Of a stretch of 33,175 nucleotides of DNA, positions 15,737 to 23,893 are shown piece by piece. The stretch spans positions 1 to 33,175 of the forward strand of contig JAUYPT010000060.1 of assembly GCA_030695685.1 (NCBI GenBank). Direction: 5' to 3'. Each line of letters starts with the position of its first letter. The stretch's first letter is position 1. Below the pieces are notes generated by a model. It ran no database searches. It was not told where the DNA came from and saw only the letters and a program-made list of their open reading frames with translations. The stretch is from Nanobdellota archaeon (GTDB lineage: Archaea; Nanobdellota; Nanobdellia; Woesearchaeales; GW2011-AR9). The position numbers and the translations under genes are program-made.

Positions 15737-16717
15737 GTGGTAGCAGAAACGATAGTATCTTTAATGCTGGCGGCAGTCAGCTTATTTGCGTTAGTTAAAG
15801 GCGCTTCGTATTTAGTCGATGGCGCTTCTGACATCGCCAAATGGCTGAAAGTATCGCCAATGCTAGTGGGATTAACGGTTGTTGCTTTCGGCACATCACT
15901 GCCGGAATTAATGGTCAGTTTTTTTGGTGCTTTGAGCGGTAACAACGATCTTTCTTTAGGAAACATCATCGGCAGCAATATCTTTAATATTGCGTTGATC
16001 ATCGGTTTGTCCGCCTTATTCACAAAACTTGTCGTTGGTCCACGAACTGTGATGTATGAATTTCCCTTTCTCCTTGTCTCCAGCTTCATGCTGCTCATTT
16101 TAGGAAACGATATCTTTATTTTCAATAAAAATACATTTTCTTTAGGAAGGATCGATGGCATCATTTTCCTGATTATGTTCTCTTTTTTCCTGTACTATAT
16201 TTTCATCTCCATGCGCCATGACCAGAAAGAAGCAGCAAAAAAGACTGAAAAAGTACAGCATCAAAATCCCTTCTGGAAGAATTCACTTTTAATCATTGGC
16301 GGCCTTCTGGCGTTAGTCATTGGCGGGAAACTGTTTGTCGCTGCCGCACAAGATATCATCGCCGCCTTCGGCGTCAGCGAATTATTCATTGGCGTAACGC
16401 TTGCCGCAATAGGCACATCACTGCCGGAATTGGCAACCTCATTTGTCGCTGCACGAAAAAATGAAAGTGACATTGCCATCGGCAATATTGTTGGCAGCAA
16501 CATCTTTAACATTCTGCTTATTTTAGGTGTGGTCAGCCTGGCTAAACCTATACCTATAAGTACAATCACACTAGGCATTGACGGCATGGTGATGATTTTC
16601 GTCACGCTATTATTCTTAGTATTCGCCGCCAAAAATGGCTATATCCACAAAAAAGAAGGTTTTTTTCTGCTGGCAGCATACCTCCTCTACTTTGCCTATG
16701 TTCTCTGGAGACTATAA
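15737..16717 (+). CDS. Ca2+/cation antiporter (CaCA family, YrbG-like)
   Basis: Two alpha-repeats, each with GTSLPEL followed by GNI(I/V)GSNIFNI; about 10 TM segments. It appears to start at a GTG, because the ATG two nt upstream runs into a stop. Confidence 0.85.
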   Translation: MVAETIVSLMLAAVSLFALVKGASYLVDGASDIAKWLKVSPMLVGLTVVAFGTSLPELMVSFFGALSGNNDLSLGNIIGSNIFNIALIIGLSALFTKLVVGPRTVMYEFPFLLVSSFMLLILGNDIFIFNKNTFSLGRIDGIIFLIMFSFFLYYIFISMRHDQKEAAKKTEKVQHQNPFWKNSLLIIGGLLALVIGGKLFVAAAQDIIAAFGVSELFIGVTLAAIGTSLPELATSFVAARKNESDIAIGNIVGSNIFNILLILGVVSLAKPIPISTITLGIDGMVMIFVTLLFLVFAAKNGYIHKKEGFFLLAAYLLYFAYVLWRL

Positions 16718-16763
16718 TTAGAGAGATATATTTAAAATGAACAAAGAATCTCCCCCTTAAAAG

Positions 16764-18692
16764 ATGAAATACAAGAATTTTACGCTGGATCCGTTTCAGG
16801 AACAGGCCATTGAAGCTATTGAATCACGCTCTTCAGTTGTTGTTTCTGCGCCTACCGGCAGCGGCAAGACGTTGATTGCTGATTATATCGTTGAAAAGCA
16901 CAAAAATGACCCGCAGAAAATAATTTACACTGCTCCTATTAAAGCGCTTTCCAATCAGAAATACAAAGATTTCTCTCACGAATATGGGGAAGAAAATGTC
17001 GGCCTGATGACAGGAGATATCGTCATTAATCCTACGGCTAAAATTATTGTCATGACCACTGAAATTTACCGTAATATGGTCATCAGCAAGGATGAAAGCA
17101 TTCAAAATATTGCCTACGTTATCTTTGATGAAATTCACTATATTAATGATATTGAACGGGGCTATGTCTGGGAAGAATCGATCATTTACAGCCCGGAAAG
17201 CATCCGTTTTCTCTGCCTTTCGGCAACAATCCCCAATGCCGATGAATTCAGCAGCTGGATTCAGGCAATCAAAAAACATCCTGTCAAGACAATTGTATCA
17301 AGCTATCGCAATGTACCATTAGAACATGCTTTTTACGATCAGGAATTAGGGATAACAACATTAAAAGAAATTAAGTCTGCCCAGCAAGTGCCGCAGTACC
17401 GCGATGTTTTTCCGCGGCAGGGAAAAAAACAAAAAAGAACATTCCCCCAGCCGAGCCATCTTGATCTGATCAAAGAGCTGGGAGCAGAAAAACTGCCCTG
17501 CCTCTATTTCAGCTTTTCCCGAAAATCCTGCCAGATAAAAGCTCAGGAATTAGCGCGGCAGAATTTATTCCAGCGAAATCCAACCATCAGCCAGTTCTTT
17601 TCCACAACATTATCCCAGGCGCCAAGTGATGTTCAGAAGTTAAAATCAACATTAATGTTAAAAGAAACCCTGCCGCAAGGCATTGCCTTTCATCATGCTG
17701 GCCTGTTGCCGGTGATCAAGGAAGCAATTGAAGATCTTTTCGGCAAAGGTTTGATCAAGGTATTATATACGACGGAAACGTTTGCTGTCGGCATTAACAT
17801 GCCGGCAAAGACAGTCTGTTTCGACAGCTTGCGGAAATATGACGGCTTTAATTTCCGCTATTTGAATACGAAGGAATATTTTCAAATTGCCGGCAGGGCA
17901 GGAAGGAGAGGCATCGATACAGTTGGATATGTTGTCAGCGTTATTTTTCGGCCGACGTTTAGGTATGAAGAGATCAAAAGAATCACGACAAAAGATATCG
18001 AGCCGATAAAATCGCAATTTAAACTGTCTATCAATACGGTGCTTAATCTTATCAATCAGCACACGCCGGCAGAAATTGAGCAAATTCTGCGTTTAAGCTT
18101 TTTCTCGTATCAGAAATTCGGCAAAGATTATGCCAAAATCCCGACCAATGTTCTTCTTGCCCGCTACAGCAGCATTATCCGCAAGCTTACCAAGTATGAC
18201 TATGTTCAGGGCAATACGGTAACTGCAAAAGGCGTTTTCTCATCGAAAATCTTTGCTGATGAAATCAGCATTGGTGAAATCTTTGCCACTGATTTTGTCC
18301 ATCAGCTTGATGAATACCAGATACTGCTGCTGTTAGCAGCGCTGATCTATGAAAAAAGAGAAATGAACAAATTTACCCAGGAACATAAAAATGACCAGCT
18401 CAATAAGCTGAAAGCACTGCTTTCCCGGAATGACTACCTCAGCAAAGAAAAAAAATTCCTTGCCCTGCCGGAGATGACGACATTGATGTTCCCGATCTAT
18501 CATGGCAAAAGTTTCTTTGACTTATTGAGCAGCACGACATTATTGGAAGGCGATCTAATCCGTTTCTTCCTGCAGATTAAAGACAGGATCGGCCAGATTA
18601 AAAAGGCAACAGTGGATTATAAAGTAACCCAGAAGATGATCAACTGCCAGGGAATTATTGATAAAGCGTTAGAAGGAATTTATGTGGTCTAA
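16764..18692 (+). CDS. Ski2-like / HelY-like SF2 RNA helicase
   Basis: Motif I SAPTGSGKT, motif II FDEIH, motif III SAT, motif VI IAGRAGRRG, plus a C-terminal helical domain as in Ski2/Mtr4-type helicases. Confidence 0.85.
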   Translation: MKYKNFTLDPFQEQAIEAIESRSSVVVSAPTGSGKTLIADYIVEKHKNDPQKIIYTAPIKALSNQKYKDFSHEYGEENVGLMTGDIVINPTAKIIVMTTEIYRNMVISKDESIQNIAYVIFDEIHYINDIERGYVWEESIIYSPESIRFLCLSATIPNADEFSSWIQAIKKHPVKTIVSSYRNVPLEHAFYDQELGITTLKEIKSAQQVPQYRDVFPRQGKKQKRTFPQPSHLDLIKELGAEKLPCLYFSFSRKSCQIKAQELARQNLFQRNPTISQFFSTTLSQAPSDVQKLKSTLMLKETLPQGIAFHHAGLLPVIKEAIEDLFGKGLIKVLYTTETFAVGINMPAKTVCFDSLRKYDGFNFRYLNTKEYFQIAGRAGRRGIDTVGYVVSVIFRPTFRYEEIKRITTKDIEPIKSQFKLSINTVLNLINQHTPAEIEQILRLSFFSYQKFGKDYAKIPTNVLLARYSSIIRKLTKYDYVQGNTVTAKGVFSSKIFADEISIGEIFATDFVHQLDEYQILLLLAALIYEKREMNKFTQEHKNDQLNKLKALLSRNDYLSKEKKFLALPEMTTLMFPIYHGKSFFDLLSSTTLLEGDLIRFFLQIKDRIGQIKKATVDYKVTQKMINCQGIIDKALEGIYVV

Positions 18693-18694
18693 AT

Positions 18695-21600
18695 TCATTG
18701 CTTATTAAAATCATCAAGATATTCTTTAAAAAAGACATTAAATCTCTTATCATTATTCAATTTTTTCCTCAGCTTACTGAATGCTTTCAATTCAATCTGA
18801 CGGATGCGCTCTCGAGTTACCCCAAACTTAAGGGCAATCTCTTCCAGTGTTTCTTCATTCTGATGATAAAGGCCAAGGCGGTGGACAAGAGTATAATGTT
18901 CCTTGTCATTTAAATGCGTTAAGAAAGGAGTTAACATGGTATAAAATTCCTGGTACTCTAAAGAACCATAAATCCCTGCTTCAGCAGTATTATCTTTGAC
19001 AAACTCACCTAATGTTCCGTCATCAGATCCTGGAAGAGGATGATCAAAAGTGTTATATACTTCAGATTGACGGACAAGTTCCTTTGCTCTTCCAACATCA
19101 TTAGAAGTAAGATGTCGATGTTCTATATAATCAGTATTAACAAGTTCTGCTATCTGCCCATCCGTCGGCTCAGTGCCATGCTGCTGTAAAAATTTCTGCT
19201 GCACCCATCGAATTTTCTTTTCAGTTTCAAAAAGATGAACCGGCCGCCGGACAGTTGGGCCTTTATTAGCGATTGCTCTCATCATTCCCTGCCGTATCCA
19301 CCACGTTGCATAGGTCGAAAATTTAAAACCCCGGTCAGGATCAAATTTTGTCGCTGCCTTCATCATGCCGATGTTTCCTTCCTGAATTAAATCATCCATA
19401 GAAAGATGATTTTGTGGATATCGTTTCGCAACGCTTACTACTAAGCGCAGGTTTGCCTGGCACATTTTTTGTACTGCTTCTTTTCCTTGGTTAATAACCG
19501 GCCATAATTCCTGTTTTTGTGCTTCCGACAGAGGTAGAAAAGCTGCTACTGTCCGCTGATATTTTACATACGCAAGATGGTTTTTTTCTGTAGGAGTACC
19601 ATCTCGTTTTAAATCATGTGTAGGAACATGTATCAACAGAACATCATCAATGCTTAAAGGAATATTAAAACAAATGTTAGAGTTATAGTTATCGTACTCT
19701 GTCTCTTTATTGGCGAATTTAGTCCCTTCACGCTTTGCTTTCTTTTTCAGCGGCTTTGCCATGACAGCAGCAACTTTCTGCTGCAGATCTGCCTCCGTAG
19801 CAACATCAAGATAATAATATCTGAAACTGCTGTGCTTTCGCGAAGGTAATGGAAATTTCTTTAAAAGATACTGCAATTGGCTGGGCTTTACATCGAGCAG
19901 CTGGCATAAATGTGTCGTGTTTAAGTACACTCCTTGATGAAGATCAATAGCAGCAGCGCCGTCAGCAGGAGTCAAGATTGCCTTTCCCGCACGATCAAAA
20001 TAATACACATTTGATTTAGAACTTTGTTTTGCTGTTTCTGAAGCATCATACAAAATAGTTACAGGCAAGAGAAGATCTTCCGGCGTGTCAGAAGCAAGAA
20101 CATCTTCCCAGTTTCGTACAGCGTTCTCTAACTCTTCCTGCACTTTAATCTGAGCATATGCTACAAAACTGCCGTGACAATCAAAAGAATCGATTGCTTT
20201 TGCTAACCCAATGTTGCCCTGCTTAACAAGATCATCAATGGTCAGCGTGTGAGCTGTTCTATCACTATTTTCAATAATTTCCAGGACTAATGGCAGATGT
20301 GCAGAATATATATCCAGCCAGGCTGTCCGTCCTGCTTGTATGGTGATACCAAGCTCAACTTCTTCTTCCCTGCTTAACAGCGGAACCTCTCCTAACTTGG
20401 AGAAATAATAACCCAAAGAGTCAAAATCTTCTCTAACGGAATGATTTTTCCTTTCTTTTTTTCCTGTCGAGGAACGAGATCTTTTTTGTGGATGAGCATC
20501 AGCAATATCAACATTAGTAGGATCATTATTTAATTCATTTTGAGTTATAAGCGCATCGACACTAAGCACTTTTTCAGTTCCTTCTTGTGGAGATGAATAT
20601 TCAGGCATAATCTTTTTTTTCTCTATTTTTTTATAAACTGCTTCCTTTTTTGGCGGTGTCCGTCGCCATTCATTTATTGCCGCAATAATAGTGTTATCAA
20701 TAAAATAGAATGCTGCTGATCCTTGTTTCTTTTTTGTCAGGTGGTGCCGCTGAATATAGGTATATATCTGTTGACGGCCCACGCCAAATATCTCCTGCAG
20801 CGAATTTATGCCCACAAATGCGCCTTCGGTGAGATTAAGGCCATTACTGCCGTCGCCAGGAATAGTTTTCATTTCTCCATCCTTGGTAAAGTAATAATCG
20901 CTGGAATTAAATGCTCTTGCCTGAATTTTATTGGATGGAATATCTTTCTCTGGAAGTATGGAAGAAGGTACATCAACAATCGATTCTATACCAGAAACTG
21001 TTTTTTTTTCTTCAAGTGAAACAACATCATTCAAGGCAGGAATTTCAGTGCCAGAGGAAGATAATTGTTTGACAGGTAAACGTAGAGAAGTCGATTTTAA
21101 ACGTGCATTTTTTTTCCGTAACAAGTCAAGCGGTGATTCTTCCGCACCTTTCAAATAATCCTTTGTTCGTTGGAATCGGCCAGGAGATTTTACATAGATT
21201 TCAAGTATTCTCGAAAACCAGCTTTTGGAAAGGCCTACTTTCTGTCCAGCTTCTTCCTGCGTTGACTGTTCAAAAAGATAATATTCAATACCACGGCGGT
21301 ACCTCTCTGGAACTGTCTGCAAATCAGCCTTGATGCATGCTAACACTTCTTCCATAAAAAAAGGATCATTATTTTTTGCGTAGCCTTCATGGAGTAATTC
21401 CATAAATGTCCTTTTTTCCTGCTTATTAATTTTTGAATCCAGCGAAACATGATGTGAAAACAGAGAATGAGCGTAAAAATCAGCAAACTCTTCTTCTTTG
21501 TAACCTGTATCAATCCAATACTGCTGATAGGCAACAAAATCAGGTTCAGCGTGATGCTCCTGCCAATATTTCTCAGCAAAATTTCGAAGAATTTTTACTT

Positions 21601-23347
21601 TCTTCCGAGAATCACGATCTAATATATCCTCTCCTCGCAAATAATCAATCATTGATCCCCTAATACGATAAAATGCAAATGTCTCAAATTTGGCGCCATT
21701 TGATTCTGCCGGATTGTATTTTTTCAGCGCTTCCAACAAACCAATGTTGCCAGAGCTTACTAATTCTTCAAAAGGAACCGGATTAAAATCTTTAGCAATA
21801 GCTTTAATCTCCTTCAGTACTTTACCAGCAGTCTTCCGTATTCTTGCTTGATACCGCACAACAAGTGTTTCTTTTATTGCAGGGTCATGAGAATGGTAAT
21901 AATGCTGTGCCAAATCAGTCAACGAGAGTCTCTTTTCAGAAACTGCATCAGCTTCTTGTAGAACGGCTGCCGTATTTTCTTTCACAGCCGCAGCAGCAAT
22001 AATTGTTTCTAAAGGTTCTGAATCATTACTGTTTTTGATTACATCCTCTTTTTGCGCTGCCGAGTAGATAGCTTCAACTGTTGCAGGTATTTCCGCCTGT
22101 ATTTTTTTTATTTTTTTAGATTTTTTAAGTTCTGTGAGAGTAATATCATCAACAAAATAAAGTTTCTTACGCCCGTCCATGCGGAAAGGGATATTTCGAT
22201 TTTTAGCACGCTCATACGCTGCGGCAGGGTTAATACCCAATAATGTACCAATCGCTTCCTTGTCAAGGTACCTCGAATCTGGGATGGTATCAACAACAGA
22301 ATCAATAATTTCATTAAAAGGACCAGAAAGCCCCGCATTTAAATGCAGGGATGAATGACTTTCTGTTCCTTTTATGCAAGAAGGACTTTGTCCTTCTGCA
22401 CAGAAAGACTTAGTCTTTCTTGTGTCACAAAGTGCGGGAGTTAAGAAAGCGTCTCTTTTCAAGCCTCGCTCTTTAGAGCGAGGTGAGACGCTTTCCCGCA
22501 CTTTTATGACTTTTTGGGGATCATCTTTCTCCACAAGAGGTTTTTTCACAATAGACTCCAGGAGAGAAACAGTCTGCTCTGCGATGACTTCTTTCTGCGT
22601 TTTGCTCAGTGTAAAAACACCGTCATTAAAAACAACATTGGGAAAAAAGTAAATATTGCCGAGATCAATCTTATACCAGCGCTCGCCCCAAAGCGATTTT
22701 GAGGGAATTTTCTCCCGAGCAAGAATTTTCTCCACGTCTTTCCTGCTTTTGCCGCTGAGCTGCTGCAATTGATGTGTGGTAAGATAAGCACCATCTTCGA
22801 CAGGAATGTACTGCCAGGAAATCTCTTTCATCCTAACGAAAGATCCAGGAGAAGGAGTTTTTGTCATAGCAACAAAACAGAGTTTATCGACAGCATCAAA
22901 GATATTGCTATTATCAACAATGTCTAAGGCAAATTCTCCATCAAGACAGAAATACATTTCTTCTCCAACGCGTACTGTTTTCGCTAATTCTTTCTTTGCT
23001 GCGTAGTCTAAGACGTCCTTGCCGCGGCCGGGAGAAAGATCACCCATACTGCAAATCTGATCGCTGGAGAAATAAAACTGGCCGTTGGAAAATTCATCAA
23101 TATTAATATAACGCCTTTTTCTGGGAATACCATCTCCATCCACAATTGTATAGGGCATTCCTGCCAGCAGATCTAAAGAATAAGCATCGCCTTCCGAGAG
23201 CATTCCCGTTGCCTGTGCTTCCTCAAAGGTTATATCCGCAGCACGAAACAGAACAGGAAGATCCTTGCTGCGAAGATGCCGCTCACGGGAAAGATACTGT
23301 ACAAGATCATCAAGAGGTACATAGAGTTCCGTTTCTTTTGCTGTCAA
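18695..23347 (-). CDS. Giant multi-domain protein: three sigma-70-family modules interleaved with excisionase-type winged-HTH units
   Basis: Single uninterrupted 1,550-aa frame. The ORF-track start is a TTG (23347) preceded by a GGGGGG run about 11 nt upstream. The first in-frame ATG is codon 49 (about 23203). Module details are in the sub-features and findings. Confidence 0.85.
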   Translation of the reverse strand: MTAKETELYVPLDDLVQYLSRERHLRSKDLPVLFRAADITFEEAQATGMLSEGDAYSLDLLAGMPYTIVDGDGIPRKRRYINIDEFSNGQFYFSSDQICSMGDLSPGRGKDVLDYAAKKELAKTVRVGEEMYFCLDGEFALDIVDNSNIFDAVDKLCFVAMTKTPSPGSFVRMKEISWQYIPVEDGAYLTTHQLQQLSGKSRKDVEKILAREKIPSKSLWGERWYKIDLGNIYFFPNVVFNDGVFTLSKTQKEVIAEQTVSLLESIVKKPLVEKDDPQKVIKVRESVSPRSKERGLKRDAFLTPALCDTRKTKSFCAEGQSPSCIKGTESHSSLHLNAGLSGPFNEIIDSVVDTIPDSRYLDKEAIGTLLGINPAAAYERAKNRNIPFRMDGRKKLYFVDDITLTELKKSKKIKKIQAEIPATVEAIYSAAQKEDVIKNSNDSEPLETIIAAAAVKENTAAVLQEADAVSEKRLSLTDLAQHYYHSHDPAIKETLVVRYQARIRKTAGKVLKEIKAIAKDFNPVPFEELVSSGNIGLLEALKKYNPAESNGAKFETFAFYRIRGSMIDYLRGEDILDRDSRKKVKILRNFAEKYWQEHHAEPDFVAYQQYWIDTGYKEEEFADFYAHSLFSHHVSLDSKINKQEKRTFMELLHEGYAKNNDPFFMEEVLACIKADLQTVPERYRRGIEYYLFEQSTQEEAGQKVGLSKSWFSRILEIYVKSPGRFQRTKDYLKGAEESPLDLLRKKNARLKSTSLRLPVKQLSSSGTEIPALNDVVSLEEKKTVSGIESIVDVPSSILPEKDIPSNKIQARAFNSSDYYFTKDGEMKTIPGDGSNGLNLTEGAFVGINSLQEIFGVGRQQIYTYIQRHHLTKKKQGSAAFYFIDNTIIAAINEWRRTPPKKEAVYKKIEKKKIMPEYSSPQEGTEKVLSVDALITQNELNNDPTNVDIADAHPQKRSRSSTGKKERKNHSVREDFDSLGYYFSKLGEVPLLSREEEVELGITIQAGRTAWLDIYSAHLPLVLEIIENSDRTAHTLTIDDLVKQGNIGLAKAIDSFDCHGSFVAYAQIKVQEELENAVRNWEDVLASDTPEDLLLPVTILYDASETAKQSSKSNVYYFDRAGKAILTPADGAAAIDLHQGVYLNTTHLCQLLDVKPSQLQYLLKKFPLPSRKHSSFRYYYLDVATEADLQQKVAAVMAKPLKKKAKREGTKFANKETEYDNYNSNICFNIPLSIDDVLLIHVPTHDLKRDGTPTEKNHLAYVKYQRTVAAFLPLSEAQKQELWPVINQGKEAVQKMCQANLRLVVSVAKRYPQNHLSMDDLIQEGNIGMMKAATKFDPDRGFKFSTYATWWIRQGMMRAIANKGPTVRRPVHLFETEKKIRWVQQKFLQQHGTEPTDGQIAELVNTDYIEHRHLTSNDVGRAKELVRQSEVYNTFDHPLPGSDDGTLGEFVKDNTAEAGIYGSLEYQEFYTMLTPFLTHLNDKEHYTLVHRLGLYHQNEETLEEIALKFGVTRERIRQIELKAFSKLRKKLNNDKRFNVFFKEYLDDFNKQ
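18758..19573 (-). other. Sigma module C: complete RpoD-like sigma-70 (regions 1.2, 2, 3, 4), aa ~1259-1530 of the giant ORF
   Basis: NLRLVVSVAKRYPQNHLSMDDLIQEGNIGMMKAATKFDPDRGFKFSTYATWWIRQGMMRAIANKGPTVRRPVHLFE covers regions 2.1-2.4/3.0 and is very close to the RpoD consensus NLRLVVSIAKKY...DLIQEGNIGLMKAVDKF....G.KFSTYATWWIRQAI.R.IA...RTIR.PVH. TLEEIALKFGVTRERIRQIELKAFSKLRKKL is the region 4.2 HTH. Confidence 0.9.
20108..20422 (-). other. Sigma module B: region 1.2 plus region 2 only, aa ~976-1080
   Basis: LGYYFSKLGEVPLLSREEEVELG is region-1.2-like. HTLTIDDLVKQGNIGLAKAIDSFDCHGSFVAYAQIKV is region-2.1/2.2-like. I can see no region 4 after it. Confidence 0.65.
21194..21922 (-). other. Sigma module A: FliA/sigma-28-like (regions 2-4), aa ~476-718
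   Basis: FEELVSSGNIGLLEALKKYNPAESNGAKFETFAFYRIRGSMIDYLR resembles the FliA-type ...F.TYA..RIRGAM.DELR. LQTVPERYRRGIEYYLFEQSTQEEAGQKVGLSKSWFSRILE is a region-4-like HTH. Confidence 0.75.
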
Positions 23348-23403
23348 TCGTATTCAGCCCCCCAGCTGTGTTACTGCTTTGCAAACATCTAACCACTCCA
23401 TAA

Positions 23404-23892
23404 CTAGAAAGGATCTTCAAACTTCATTTCCAGCGTGCCTTCGCATTTCTTGAGCAATCCATAAATGCGTGTCCTTTCCGCGAGATCAGCAGCGGTTTCT
23501 TTTCCTGTAATATCCTCGCCTCTGCTCATGCCGCTCAATCCTGTTCCGAGAATACTGCCATTATTATCTATTCTCCAGTAATGGTCAGAATTTTCCTGCT
23601 GGCGTATCCAATAGACAGGTTGAGAATTAGAGTGAATTCGTGACCCTATTTCTATGTCACTATAACCATCATACAAATCAATATATGTCCCCTGCACTTT
23701 GCCGCACTGTTGATATTTTCCTGCTTGGCATCGATTCCCTTCGACAAAAACAGGATACATTTTCATCTCGCAGCCATTGACATACTGAACATAGGTATCG
23801 TTATCACCACAGCCACTTCTCGTAGATTTGACTACAGCACATGTCGCTGCTATTCCTACTGCTAATGTCATTACAGTCCTTTTGAGATCCAT
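23404..23892 (-). CDS. Hypothetical secreted protein
   Basis: Signal-peptide-like N-terminus MDLKRTVMTLAVGIAATCAVV, with several Cys in the mature part. I prefer the Met at 23892, one nt after the thrS stop, over the overlapping 23907 start in the ORF track. Confidence 0.55.
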   Translation of the reverse strand: MDLKRTVMTLAVGIAATCAVVKSTRSGCGDNDTYVQYVNGCEMKMYPVFVEGNRCQAGKYQQCGKVQGTYIDLYDGYSDIEIGSRIHSNSQPVYWIRQQENSDHYWRIDNNGSILGTGLSGMSRGEDITGKETAADLAERTRIYGLLKKCEGTLEMKFEDPF

Positions 23893-23893
23893 A

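Noticed and set aside
15730-17279. Long antisense ORFs inside the CaCA antiporter and Ski2-like helicase genes (15730..16164, 16261..16632, 16833..17279).
   Set aside because: They lie opposite genes with unambiguous conserved motifs. Their translations are low-complexity mirror images typical of shadow ORFs.
18698-23403. Numerous 60-100-aa ORFs on both strands within the giant sigma ORF, and 5766..6077 / 6350..6897 / 8129..8347 within lhr.
   Set aside because: All are nested in long frames with strong family signatures, so they are treated as spurious.
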